NCBI GenBank assembly: GCA_054600435.1
Contig: BAAIJX010000052.1
Coordinates: forward strand, 62,001-126,000
Origin: Neophaeotheca triangularis
Taxonomy: Eukaryota
Length of the DNA stretch: 64,000 bases
Reading direction: 5' to 3'
Each line of letters starts with the position of its first letter. Positions within the stretch are counted from its first letter, which is position 1. Below, one piece after another: positions 25,391 through 38,579 of the stretch. The notes below the pieces were generated by a model, which did no database searches, was not told the origin of the DNA, and saw only the letters and a list, made by a program, of their open reading frames with translations. The translations under genes and the position numbers were made by a program.

Positions 25391-28300
25391 TCTGGAGGGT
25401 TTGTCTATGTATGTAGCACCAACGGGAAGCTTTCCCAGGGGAAGCAGCAACACCAGCAAAAAGAGCAAAACCTTGGTCTCTTCACCCGTATCTATGCCCT
25501 AGAATATGGGAGTGAAGAGCCAGTAAACACGCTTAGCCCACCTAGCCAAGCATTTTTGGCGGGCACCTTCTTTTTGTTTCTTAAATCAAGAAGGCCGGTT
25601 TCTACCGAGACGGGAGTCGAACGAACGACCTCCGGCTAGTAGGGAGAGGGGAGGGGGAAGACACACTCACCCCCACTAGACTATAAGTCTGGCGGGTGCA
25701 AGTGTGATGGAGGAGATGCGATATTTGTTGAATATATAGCTTTGTATTTGAGTGACTCTTCGACGCCATCGACCATGTCATGCTCAATTTTTCGCTGACT
25801 CACTCAGTTTGCTAGAAGCGAGTTACAATATCGCCGTGGCTAAGGTCATCGCCATGGCCCTGGCATCCGAATTGTAGCGCAGGCAAGAGGGCGAAGCTGT
25901 AGCCCCCTCCTTTTCCACGTAGGAGAATCGTCGGACACAGCGCCGGAGCCAGAGATACGACTCCCTTTGACTTCTCATCTCGCTCTCTTGTCCATTGCAG
26001 TGAAAGCAAGCCCTGTTGTACAAGAAGCTGCTTCCCCCACAACCGAAGGTGCTTGATCAAGGCTATATGGTAGCGGCGAAGCGCTCGGGTAGACTTGGAT
26101 CTCTCGCTTAGGATACCTTGCTCCGGGGGGTTCTGAACTGGTACGTGCTAAGCCCGGTACTCAGTACTCCATGGGATCCAACGACAGCTGCAGTCGTAAA
26201 CATTTCGGCACAGCCCTTTCATCCCGGTACATCTGAGCTTCCAGACAGACCGCAGAAGATCTTCGAGGCCAGTGAATTGTTCTCATCGAGCTTTCTTCAG
26301 TGATAGGTCCCGGATAATCCACGCTAACGAACGGCCGTTTTTCAATATTTGTCCAAAGTAGTGAGCTCGTGTCCGACAAAAGTCGCCGGGATCCTCTGAT
26401 AACCAGGATGGTGCCGAGAACGAGCCATCGTCTCTTCAAAGCGAAACCGCCTGCCTCCCTGGCGGAAGCGAACAAGAGTGTTGACGGGATTCCGGGGCAC
26501 CACGGCAAGTCGAAGGGGTCTCAAGCACCAACAAGCTCGACGCTGTCCAGGGCGCAAGGCTGCCGGGGACAACTTTCTCTCAGATCTAACCGGGTCTCGA
26601 GCTCGCTGGAAGCGAACAGTCAAGAGGCCTGGAAGCTCTAGCTGGCCTCTCCGGCAAAAAAGTGCTTTCCAAAACATCCCGGCGAGTTTTGGAAGAATAG
26701 AATAACAGTTATGTGCCAAGAGTTGAAAAATGGCTATTGGCTAGCGTGGAATTAAAGAGAGGAGGGTGGTAGTATGAAAGCGGGAGGGTTGCATCGCGGT
26801 ACGATCTTCTACTCCTCTGCCATGTGTTGCTTGGTGTTTGAGGGTTTTGCGTGCCATTCTCTTCATGGGCGGGAGGACGTGGCGTTCAGCGACTTGCTAA
26901 ATAAAGCCTACTTACTACTGGGTTCTGAACTTGAGCTTGACCAGGCGATATCATGCCCGCCGGACCTTGCACCGGCGCAGTGTGTACCGTAAGTTCGACT
27001 TGATACTGCTCGGGAGCCTCTTACTGAGCTTGAGAAACTGCGTGGCGGAGAGCAAAAGCGAAAGGACACCCCAGTATCCTAGACCAAGAGCCAACAAACT
27101 TACCATGACGGCCGGAGAACATACGTGATGGCCGGTACCGCTTCGAAAAGACAGAACACGAAATCTCTACGAGCAACTCACAAGGTTTTAGGAGAGGCGG
27201 CATCGGCGGGTGCTAGTGACACCACAGAGCCTCACTCAAACGTACCCAGTAAGGTTCACAAGGACATGAAAAGGCGGCATGCCCGTAAGGTGATGATAAC
27301 TAGCATTTGCCTAAACAAATCGACGCCGCAGTTTCGGATCTCCCGCCTGCAGAAGTTTCGCCTCGTCGATTGTGTAAGTCTCGCAGTCGGGTAGGTTATG
27401 TGCGCTGGCGCGAGATTTCCCAAGCGTGGTTGATTGACGAGAAGTGCGGTGGTGTGGTATGGGCAGGTCCTAAACAAACCGCCGGTGGAGCATCAGTGGG
27501 CCGTGGAGTGCACTGCTGCCCAGTGTGGGCTGTAGGAGTGGAGTCTGCGTGTTGCAGGTAGACAGCCATCTTGCCAACTCCACCCATAGTCGGCGCGACC
27601 TGACGTTGTGTTACTGCTCGACCGCGATGGTCAGCGACTAGTGTACCTAGGAAGCAGCGACATGATATACTAGAGTCTGGCTGAGGGATTGCAAAAGCGG
27701 ATGCACTCAACGGGTCAAGGCCCGCACCCACGGGGAGGGGTGAGCAGAACCTTCGGGTCTGTTGCGCCATATCCGGCGTCGCTTTCTCGTGGCCGAGCTG
27801 GGCATGCATGCATGCACACAGCTGAGGGGAAGGTGGGAGTCTTTAATATCAGGCCCGCAGACACTGCAATCAATGCAAAGCCGGGGACCGCATTTTCCGT
27901 TTTCAGACTTGCCTGACTGAACCATGCGGATTCTCAAGCAGACCGGTTGTCTAGTTTTTTTTGTCGTTTTGACAACGGACGAGGTCGACAGTGGGTTACC
28001 CGCATACTGCCGTGTCCGTCTGTCAAGACATCAGACAGCACCCTCGTAGCACACAGTCATCGTGCACAACGGACCGATCGACAAGGAGTGGTTCTCATTG
28101 CATCGTTCCCAACACTGGCACGGCATGCACCGCGAGGACGGGAGCGTGGTCTGGTAGTTGCAGCGCTCTCAACCATGGGACATGCACAGGCTGCGCATCC
28201 CGGCATTCGTCCGCCTGCGGGTGCAGGACATGGATACGATTATGCAAGGCCGTTGTGAGAGCTGCAAGTACAGACCGGGAGGCTTTTCGGTCAAGGGCGT

Positions 28301-31300
28301 TTCGGGTGAAGCAAGCGGTGTAGGGGGTGTTTTTCCCTTCTGTCGTTGCCTTGACGTGACACGGGGATTGAGCTCGAGTCGTGAAGCTCTTTCCCACGTG
28401 GAAGGTGGAAGGAGGTACTCGGGTATCTTTGCTAGTATCGTCCTGACGTAAAAGGAAAACCGCGCTGTTCCGCCAGTACAGAAGCAATCGAACCGCTTTT
28501 CCTCGCTACCTCCTCGCAAGGCGGACCGTTGGCTGAGCAGGACCCGGCAGTGTGGTCTCATCCACGTGTTGAGGATGCAATAACAATACTTCTGCGACGG
28601 CAAGACCAGCACGGATGCGTTTTGACATATGCAGAATTCAGATGCTTGGGCGGGTTAGGTTGAGATAGGAGGCTCCTTAGCACTGCGTTTACGTTAATCA
28701 AATCGGTTTGCCGCGCGCTTTCTGGGAAGCCATGGGTTTGAGGCATTGAGCACTTGGAGGATATGCGCGGGAGGAGATTTTTCTTCAAAAAGACGCCGCC
28801 TTGTTCGGATTCCAGTGGTTGAGGGATTCGAGTGAATCGAGTCTAGAACTCGGTGCGACAGGGCGGACCCAAAACACGTGGCCGCCACTAGTACTGTGGA
28901 GATGGCGAGGCGCTCACACCACATGGCGATGTCGCAGACAATCTCCGATTGATGAGGTTGTCTCATCACCTCATGCTAGGATAGGTACGGTAGACTGCAG
29001 GTGACCGGGGTTGGCGAATCTAATTCTAGCTATTATTATTCCAGGAAGAGAAGGCAATTATTAAATAACATCTGACCGTTTTTCATATTTGATCACACCG
29101 ACCGCTATATACAGAAGGTGTTTACTAGCCAGCCCTACCAGTAAGTACTAACAAGAGGCACCTGCTTTGCAGTTTGACACCTGGGCAGTCTCTGATGAGA
29201 CGTGGCCGCGTCCGGTAAAGGCAAAAGCTATCGGGAATACAACCTTCCGTCCGGATTGCCGACGAATTAGGTATGCCTGAGCTTGCCGTCGCCGAAAACC
29301 ACCGACACCATTTGACTGCCCCCACCGGTGACTTTTAGCATCACGATGACTGGGTCAGTAAGTACCTTAATGATGAGACAGCGGACTGTGGAGAGTCCAT
29401 CTTATGCCTCCACCCTGTTTCGCGTGGCAGCTCCATTCCTAATCCTGCATGCCTGCCACGAGATGCTCGGACGTTGTAGACACGCTACACTAATAACTCG
29501 CCACCTAAGATTCATTATTGTCGATTGAAGAAGAAAGGCCGAATCTTCGTTTCATACAGGGGACATGGCGGTGACACAGCACTAGTAGCCACGCAGCGCA
29601 GGATTCATGCACGGGTGACACGCAGCAAGCGGTAACGTTAGTAGTAGTAGGTACTTTGCTCTAACAACGAGCGGGCGAGCGCTCCCTGTTCGCATGCACC
29701 TCGGTAGACGAGATGGATCATACCTTACCTACCAGTAGTAGTGATGATCAGAGGAAAAGTGGAAGAGCCCGGCTAGGGAACTCGCTTGACTACCGTACTC
29801 TTCTGCATGACATAAACGCTGTTGGCATACGTAGTGGTGAGCAGGTATCTTTTCGAACTCGTATGAATGGCTTATTACATATTACCTGGGTAGTGCCAGG
29901 AAATCCATGACGATGCTCGCTCGTAGCGGGCACCTCATGCTGCGTGTTGTCTCAAAATGGCAGTCGGGGGAAAATCGTATGGCCGGGAATGCGCCATGGC
30001 CGGCGTGGGATTATTTCCTATCCATACTTTGAGAGTAGTGCGGAGAATGCCACACGCCTGCGGGCCGCGGCCCCTCCCCCTTGCACGCGCGCTAAATGTC
30101 ACTCATACACGACCGTGCGCTTTGAATCAGGTAGAGATCCTTCCCTTGGCCTTCTTTTTCTAGAGCCGGCGATCTCTGATGTGGTAGTCTCTCGCGGCTA
30201 ACGCGCAAGCATTGTGATTATTGGAAAGGGGTTTCAACACCTACTGTCTTGGATGAGTGCTTGTCAAAGGCTCATAAAAGGAAGCGTGCTGATACGGCGG
30301 TTGAGCCAGTCGACGCAGGGGTCGTCATGCCGCGCGAACCATCTCGAGCTCATGGTAGCCACACGAGAGCGCCTCTCTCCCACGTGTCCTTCAGGGATGG
30401 GCTGCTTGTATTGTGGGTTTCGGCATGCGGTCTTCCCATCTGGCTTGCAGAAAGTCGTGGTACAATACCCGAGACCACGATTCTTCCTCGCTACATGTAA
30501 CATGCGCCGGTGTACGGTATGAACTACCGCTGTCGACGGTTATGAGTTTGTCAACAGTAGTAAGTAACAATATGCCGTCTTAGTCAAGTCTTTCGATTCA
30601 TGGACACACTTCTACCACGTTGCGCCGGGTCATGGTTTCTTTCACCATGAGCCCGTTGCGATGGAAGCTTCAAAACGTGTCTACCCATCGTGTTGGTCTT
30701 CAACCTGTGCCTTTGGGATCGAAATTCTCCATCTTGTCAAGAACCTCCCAGACCCCCTTGCACCGTCCTACCGTCTCAAAACATCCAAAGCAAATCTGTG
30801 GAACATGGCATTGGAACAAGCGGGCGGCTTCGGGGACTTCTCGGGGGCCGGTGGTGAAACGAGGCGCGGAATGAGCTTTGACGGACAAAGGGATACTACC
30901 TTACCTACTAACCTAACATTTGTCCATCACGATTGTCCATCTGGCATGAAGTGGTGATGTGTCCCTTTCGGTTGGCCATCATATCATGACAGATCATGGG
31001 AACATGTTTCTTGCCTCAGCGCTGCACAGTAGTGCATGCTGTCGATCAATGGAAAGTTAGAAGCCGGAGATGCCGTTCTCTTGTGTAAGAAGGGTTGCAT
31101 CCGGGCCCCTCAGTGAGATGTAGCGTCGTCGGAAATTTCCAGCGTTACTTGGCCGTGCAAGTCTACCAGCAAGCAAAGCATGCTGCACCTAAGCCAGCTA
31201 TCGTTGCTCGGACTGGCTATGAGGACGCCTCGGAATCGTTGGATGATCAGCATGCCATGGCCCATGTATACTCCTGGCCGGCTCTCACGGAGGTCGTCTT

Positions 31301-31990
31301 GCTTTGATCGATACCTTGTGAGAAGGAAGAACTAGCTATGATTGACGTTGGGCCGATTAGGTTGAAGTGTTTAACTGGCTTTGGTCATCTTGCCTCTGAT
31401 ACATCAGGTGGGCATTGTAGCCAGCATGAGCTTGACATCCATGCCTCTTGATCTGGCAGGAGTTCGGACTTGATGGACGATGTGTGATGGTCATGATATG
31501 GCATGGAACAGTGAGCAAAGAAAGTCATGGTACACGACGATACCCACAGCAGCGGCGCGAAGCCGCAATCGCCCCGTTTCACCCATTATTGCAAGGCTAT
31601 CAGGGCTGACTTGGCAATGGTGCTGGTGACACTGCAGCTCTTTGCATCGCCGTCTTACTGCCGTCTCGCTCGACCGTGCCTCGTGGCCTTGCCGGGTGCC
31701 CTGGAAGTGATGGAAGGGTACTTACGAGGAGGTACAGCGAGTGTACAGCGTCCTGTGTACCTACGGGGGGGTATAGTAGCGTGTGTGTACATACACAAGT
31801 AGTTAGGAGGAGGTAGCGCATGTACTGTACTGTACATGTAGCCGGTATCGTGCAGCGTGCGCATGTGCTTGTGCACGGATCGATACGCAGGGCGGGCATC
31901 AACCTATGTAATAATAATGTGACGGGCACGAGGAGGAGGAGGATCACTTAGCGTAGAGGGATGCTTCTTTTGTGAGAACCTGACCAGGAC

Positions 31991-32025
31991 GGACCTGTCC
32001 TGACCTGACCTGACTTGATCTGAGC
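31991..32025. repeat. Degenerate (CCTGA)n pentamer tandem repeat upstream of flbA
   Basis: Sequence ggacctgtcctgacctgacctgacttgatctgagc. Confidence 0.6.
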
Positions 32026-32166
32026 TCACTCCTCTTTGCCTGACTACCTTACTACTACTGTACCTACCCAAGTTAACCTGATGTGACCCTTGCAAATCCC
32101 AGACCCACTCTCTATACTTCAACTATCACGCGGCCCCTGCCCGGTTCTGCCTCTCTCCGTCCTGCT

Positions 32167-34747
32167 ATGCCTTCTCTCTCTCACAACAACAGTAGTCACC
32201 AACCTTACCACCGTCACAACACTCTATTAGCCAGTATCCCCACCACCCTTACTCCTACCGCCGACGACATCAACACCACCCGCACCACCACCACCACCTC
32301 CGACACATCCTCACCACCCTCATCATCCCTCACCTCTGGCATTCCTCACTGGCATTCCTCTCCACCCAAGAAGCATCTCCACGACATATCCACCTCCGCT
32401 CATGCTTATTATCCTGACGTAACTGTCGCCAACCACCACCCTACATCGGTTCAGGAGTCAACTTCTCCTGACACCCGTGTCTCCCACAACGCAGACCAAG
32501 CCGCTGTCAAAGTGGATTCCAGGTCGAGGCCCGTTGCCGCTGCTTCTTCTGCCTCTTCCGTCAAGGCTCGCGCCCATTCCCGCCTAGCATCTTTAAGCCG
32601 CATACGACCCAAAGGGGGTACTTCTCAGCAATCGACGCCTGTCGGTGTGCCAAATCCGCCGCGCGGCGAGCCTCTTCCGACCAGAGATCTCTCTGTCTCA
32701 CCCCCGTCGGATGCTTGCTCCCACAAGCCGTCGGACACTTCCACGTTGTCAAACACTTCATCCGAGACAAGTCTTTCGGACGACTCGTATTCCAGCTCTG
32801 ACATCAAAAACCTCCTGCATCGCCCTTCCAAGTCCTCCTTTTGGACCACCAACACCCCGGTACTAGAGTCTGTCCACGACGACGAGTCGGCGGGCGAGGA
32901 GAACAAACAAGACACCCATACACAACCGCGCATGATGCATCAAACATCCTCACGGCTCCTCCGCATGTCGGAAGATGACCGCCCATTCACTAGAGTACGT
33001 CTTCCCAGCAGTCACTGAAGTCAACACATGTGATGAACCCCTTCTCTGTTGCTTCTGGACCGCCAAAATACCTCCCCTTTCCTTGCTCTTCAGCACAAAA
33101 GCTCGTCTCCCCATCACTCCTCCCGTCTTACGTCAATTCGCGGCAATGCCAACTCACTGCTATTCGCAAAAGACCACACACACTGATCCTCTCCGCTCGC
33201 AGGATTTCAAAGACCTCTTCTCTACGTTGATGGTCAGCCTCCCATTGAGCTCTCATCGTGTCCGCTTCTCGAGGATAGAGCATACCTTTACGACGTCGGA
33301 AGCAGTCACCAATCTGGGCTCGCTCAAGTTCTCACAGTCAAATCGGATGCCTGACCCGAAAGACCCCTCGCGCATCGTGACGACAACAACCACTACAACG
33401 TTCTCAATGGCGAAAGAAATGGCGAAATCAATATGTGTGCGCATTTTGGAAGCGAGGCTGATCGAGTCGGTAGAGGGCAAGACGGATTTCAGCTCAAAGA
33501 ACGCGGTATGGCAGCTTACACCAAAGGGCATGAGGGTACTGGCACGCTTCTGCCAGCGCAACGGCATACACCAAAGACACGTCAACGAAGTCTTGGACTC
33601 TCCACGGAACATGATGCAACTTGTTATCCTGGAAAGGGACCCTTCGACCGACAAGCTCGATCACGACCCAGCCACTGTGGATGTCTTGTTCAGGCGTTTC
33701 GCTGGTGACGCCGGGCCTAACCTCAGATCTAGCTCTTCTTCTGGCAGCTCTGATAGTGACTCGCTCAACGACTACGCCACAGGTCTGGTGGGTGTCAAGA
33801 TGACGAGGGTTAGGCGCCAGGGTCAGGAAACACCGTATGCTTTCAGCGGGAAAGCCGCCTTTGACTGGATCATGGACTGCTGCATGGTTGTCGATAAGCG
33901 CGAGGCCCATGAGATTGTGGCACTATTCCTATCAGCTGGGCTGGTCGAGCCGGCAGCGGAGGCACATGCCAATGGCAACGCCGGCAGCGGTGCGGCCAAG
34001 TTCCAAGCCTCAAAGCAGGCCATGTACATTGTCACTCAAAAGGGCATGCGGATTGCAGGGTGGATCACGAGTCCTAACGGGAGCGTGAACAACGAAGCGA
34101 CTGTGTCAAGGGCACTGCCGAATGGCGTGACGCGCGACTCAAACACCAACCGTATGACCGTCATTATCCGCGACCCAGCACTTAGACTGCTATTCCGCGA
34201 ATACCTGATCGAGACCCACTGCGAGGAAAACCTGTCCTTCTTCACTGAGGTTACGACATTTCTCAAGGAATATGAGATGGCGAAGCGAGGCACTCAACCG
34301 AGACTGGACGTGATCAGAGAAACTTTGGCATCCGCATATAGTGAGTCGATTCCTCATGACGATTTGCTGAACGGCAAGCTGACTACTTCCAGACTTGTAT
34401 AATGCATTCTTGGCTCCTGGATCTCCTTGCGAGCTCAACATTGACCACAACTTGCGCAACGCCCTGGCCGCTCGCATGACCAAGGCGGCAGGTGAGGACG
34501 AAGCAATGGTTCGCAGCTTGGATGAAGTCTCGCAACTGTTTGACCAAGCACAGAGCAGTGTCTTCAAGCTCATGGCAAGCGTGAGTACTGATGCTGGCAC
34601 AAAATCTCGCAAGACGGCATGCTGATCTAACCTGCGTTCCAGGATTCCGTCCCCAAGTTCTCCAGAGAGCCAAAATATGCCGCTATTCTACGGGAGCGGA
34701 ATTTAGAGAGCATGATCACGAACTTCGCATCGAGTTCAGTCAGCTAG
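32167..34747 (+). CDS. flbA: Regulator of G-protein signalling FlbA/Sst2 (two DEP domains plus RGS); introns 32995-33202, 34341-34392, 34581-34642
   Basis: MHQTSSRLLRMSEDDRPFTRDFKDLFSTL, LGSLKFSQSNRMPDPKDPSRIVTTTTTTTFSMAKEMA, and the RGS box LRLLFREYLIETHCEENLSF...LMASDSVPKF. Confidence 0.96.
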
Positions 34748-35674
34748 AGCTAATCTGGATCATCCTTTTGAACATGCACCCGCTGCTATCGAATCATTAT
34801 TGCGCCGGCCGACAGCTCGGGCAACCCGACTTGACGATTATGAGGCCGATCAAAGCTGTGGCAACCAGAAAATGCACTGAGCTTACAACAGGCTGGCCTG
34901 TGTTTCGATACCCATTCATCATAGCACGCACCACTGCCACCACTGCAGGCAGCGGAGACTTCGTATCGTCAAGGCCCCGGTCGCCGTCGACGCGTCGCCA
35001 AAACAGCATAACGAATCACTACCACTTTGGAGGAATACAGGAAAGGAGATTTTGGATTATTGGCTGCACAAGCGTCCGGCGTTGGGGGCGGGTTTCATTA
35101 TTGCGAGTAAGCGAGAGTTCTCTCCTCTCCGACGCAGCAGCATTACCGAATGTGGGTACGAGCGAGCACGAAAAGATGCTGCTCACCTGTGCGTCTGGGA
35201 CCTAACATTCTTCGATTGAGCTTGTGCGAGGGGCTCTTTTCCCCGCTCGTGGGCATGCAGGGAGTTGTTGTGAGAAGACTCTGCAGAGAAAGCGGGATCA
35301 ATAGTTCGGGCATGGCGACGAGACTAGGTACTCGACGCCGTGGAAATACCCTTGCAATGGAAGCAGGCTGCTTGAGGTTGGTTGCCCAAGGGTAGGTGGG
35401 TGGTCTGGAAAGGCAGTAGAGAGATGGTAGTGTATAGTACAGTACATGTAGCTTGGTACTATGCTTCGACCACCTCTTCTCGAATAGTTTTACCTTTCAG
35501 ATTCGTGACCGAAGTAGTGTCCACCTTACATTGGCACGAGACGGGAATCTTCTCATCACCTTCAAAGGCCGAGGTGGATCCAATGCCTCGTGGTTGTCCA
35601 CGTGCTCGAAACGCTCGGACCCTAGTGTTTACTTCTAACCCGAAACGCGACATGACTTTATTGCTTGCAGCGTC

Positions 35675-35680
35675 ACGCGT
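35675..35680. promoter_or_regulatory. MCB element (ACGCGT) about 140 bp upstream of the CHK1 start codon
   Basis: Exact ACGCGT with an ACGCGA nearby (about 35645). MBF-type control of a checkpoint gene is inferred. Confidence 0.4.
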
Positions 35681-35821
35681 CTCACTTACTTGCACATTCG
35701 AATGTGCCGATTACTCGACACGATTAAGCTAGTGATATCTGGACTCCAACAACACCAGAAGAGACGATACTGCTCTTGGACAGAGCACTAATACTCTAGA
35801 CACCTCCCAACATTCCCAAAC

Positions 35822-37641
35822 ATGGGCGCTCCACCAGGCGTGAGTCCAGGCAACCCCTCCCCACCACTCAGAACCACGACTCAACTAACTAATCCACACA
35901 CCCTCAGTCCCAAGTAGCGCCCCTCCCCACCAACCTCCCCTTCCGCCTCGTCTCCAAAACAATAGGCAGCGGCGCCTACGCCTCAATCCGCAAAGCCATC
36001 CCCCTCGACCGGCCCAAACCCATCATCGCCGTAAAATTCATCAACAAAGCGCACGCTCTCCGCACCGGCCGCCTCAAACCCAAACAACTACAGATCGAAA
36101 TCTCGCTCCACAAATCCGTCTGCCCACACACCAACATCATCCGCTTCCTCTCCTGGGGCGACGACGCAAACTGGGTGTACATGTGTCTGGAGCTGGCCGA
36201 GGGCGGGGACTTGTTCGACAAGATCGAGGCGGACGAGGGCGTGGGTGAAGACGTCGCGCACGTTTATTTCGCGCAGTTGGTCAGTGCCATTGCCTGGTGT
36301 CATGGCCGCGGCGTGGCGCATCGGGATATCAAGCCCGAGAATATGCTGCTGAGTGGGGAGGGGGAGTTGAAATTGGCGGATTTTGGCCTCGCGACGCAGT
36401 TTTTGGTGCCCGGGGCGCCGGCTGGGGCGAAGAGGAAGAGGTGTGGCATGGTTTGTGGCAGTCCGCCGTATATTGCACCGGAGATTTTGGAGGTGGGGAA
36501 GGGGAATTTGAAGAGGGCGAGGGACGATGAGAAGTTGGGGTATGATCCGTCGGTTGCCGATTTGTGGAGTTGTGCGATTGTGCTGTTTGTGTTGTTGGCG
36601 GGGAATACGCCGTGGGATAGTCCGGTTTTGGAGGAGAGTTATGAGTTTGCGGATTTTGTGAGGAGCAAGGGGAAGCCGGAGGATGAGCTTTGGCAGAAGG
36701 TGCCGATGGAGGTGTTGAGCTTGTTGAGGGGTATGCTGAGGACGACGGCGGAGGAACGGTTTACTTTTGAAGATGTGAGGAGGCATCCTTGGTTTACGAG
36801 GCGGAATCCCCATCTGGATGAAAAGGGTCGCATCACCGATCAGATTGCTTTGGCGACGAGGATGATGGAGGGGATGCACATTAACTTGAATGCGGACATT
36901 TCGGCCTCGCAACGTCGACCGCAATCGCAGCAGCAACTCCAACAGTCTATCCCAGCAAACCCCAACGCCATGGACATCGAAACAAACACCCTCGAACCAC
37001 CCTGGGCTAAGCTCGCCTCCACGCAACCCCTAACCCCAATCTCCGACAACGCCTTCGACTGGGAAGCCGCTCCCCCGCCAGGCCTAACCACCGCTTCCCA
37101 ACCCACCACCACCACCACCACCACCACCACCACCACCGCAACTATCAACCCGCATAACCCACCCCCTTCCACAGCCTCCCTCCTCTCCCACCTCCAAAAC
37201 GACCCGAGCATGTCCCAATTCACCCCCACCCCCTCAGTTCCCCTAACCCTAACCCAAGCCGCCCGCCAATTCCGCGACATTGTGCCCTCACACTCGCTCG
37301 CGCGCTTCCTCAGCACGCTACCCTGTTCGCAACTCCTCCCCATGATCACAACAGCTCTACATCGACTCTCGATCCCCACGGCCGCAGTTTCCAAGGCCGC
37401 GCTCGAGGGCAAGGAGGAAAGAGTGGTGATCAGGCTAAAGACTGTGGATGGCCGCGGGCAGTTGCTGCAGGGCAGTGTTGTTGTGGAGCGGTTGCAGGAG
37501 ATGGAGATGGATGTGCAGGGCGGCGAGGTGCTGGAGGTGCGGTTTCTGAAGGCCAAGGGCGATCCTTTGGGGTGGCGAAGGTTATTTAAGAATGTGGCTG
37601 TGCTTTGTCGGGAGGGGGTTGTTGTGCCGGAGGTTTCGTGA
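35822..37641 (+). CDS. CHK1: Checkpoint Ser/Thr kinase Chk1; intron 35840-35907
   Basis: IGSGAYA, AVKF, ELAEGGDLFDKIEADEG, HRDIKPEN, DFG, CGSPPYIAPE, GNTPWD, and the KA1-like C-terminus KAKGDPLGWRRLFK. Confidence 0.95.
37104..37137 (+). repeat. (ACC)n microsatellite encoding poly-Thr in the Chk1 linker
   Basis: About 11 tandem ACC units. Confidence 0.85.
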
Positions 37642-38579
37642 GGGTGCATATACGGGATGGGCAGGCTGTGTTGGGGGTTTTTGGCGTGGGAGCTGGGCTG
37701 AGAGGAACTACCATATGGTGCGGAATCGGTTTCTTCAGGGTTTAGATGGATTTCATCTTTGTCTTGCTTCTGGGTCATGGATAAGCGTTGGCGTTTGCAA
37801 AAGGCATCAGAAGATCGAGTCCTTTCTGCTGTCTAATCTCAGTAAAATACGCTCGCGAGATGGAACCTTCAGACAAGGCACCTAGGCGTTTGCTTGTACA
37901 TGAACGGATGAAGTGGGACTAGGGGGCATATTCCATCCAAATCCGTTAATGGCTGTACTTCTCGTATCTTCCATTTCTCCCACCCATTCCCGTAAATTCT
38001 TACCCAGACGAATCCGGCTAATGGAAACATCGGGGAGAAGGGTGTTTCAGCTCTCGAGTGAGCACGGCAAGGCCAGAACAACATGGTACGCTGTCTCTAC
38101 CAGTGGGAATGATTTCAACCGACCCCTTGTATAGTCCCATCTGCTCTCTCTTTGCACTTTGCTCTGCTACCCCTTTGCCCTTACTCCCCTTATCCCCCCA
38201 ACCACGCCAGTAAACCCCTTTGCCCCTCTCTCCCGCCGCTTGTCGCCAAGAGAGGCAGAAGAGGCAGGAGGCCCGGAAGAGCCAGAAGGACAGAAGACGC
38301 AAACCGACTAACCAAGCACCCGACTTTCCCGCACGTTTACCATCCCAACGCAACAAGTAAATAGAGGCTCAGCTCTTCCCACGCCGATTTCAGACCATCC
38401 ACTCCAGAACCCTAGCCGCTCCGACTCTATCGCGCAGCAAAGTTCACGCAGCAGATGCCCATGATATTATAATACGAGAATCCCGGAATCGAGCAAGCAA
38501 ACAAGCAACAAGCGAGCGAAAACCCGCGTCATCCGTCACAGTTCTCTCTTGGACTCTATCTTCCCCCTAAAGGCAGAGG

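Noticed and set aside
25800..27300. Several 80-125 aa ORFs
   Set aside because: No recognisable homology or consistent splice model.
33030..33190. C-box GTGATGA and CTGA in flbA intron 1
   Set aside because: The CTGA coincides with the branch point, and no terminal stem or rRNA guide is evident.
37241..37255. CCCTAACCCTAACCC, a telomere-like or template-like stretch
   Set aside because: It lies in frame within the CHK1 CDS (PLTLT) in a C/A-rich arm. The TTAGGGTTA at about 13155 is likewise within the SPC24 CDS.
36088..37778. Two 312-aa minus-strand ORFs, and similar long antisense ORFs elsewhere
   Set aside because: They are shadows of GC-rich coding sequence on the opposite strand.
38020..38400. 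RNase P/MRP-like words (GGAAACATCGG, ACCGACTA, TTCAGACCA) and U1-like TCTTACC/TTGCAC
   Set aside because: The spacing and P4 complementarity do not fit, and there is no exact U1 5' end.
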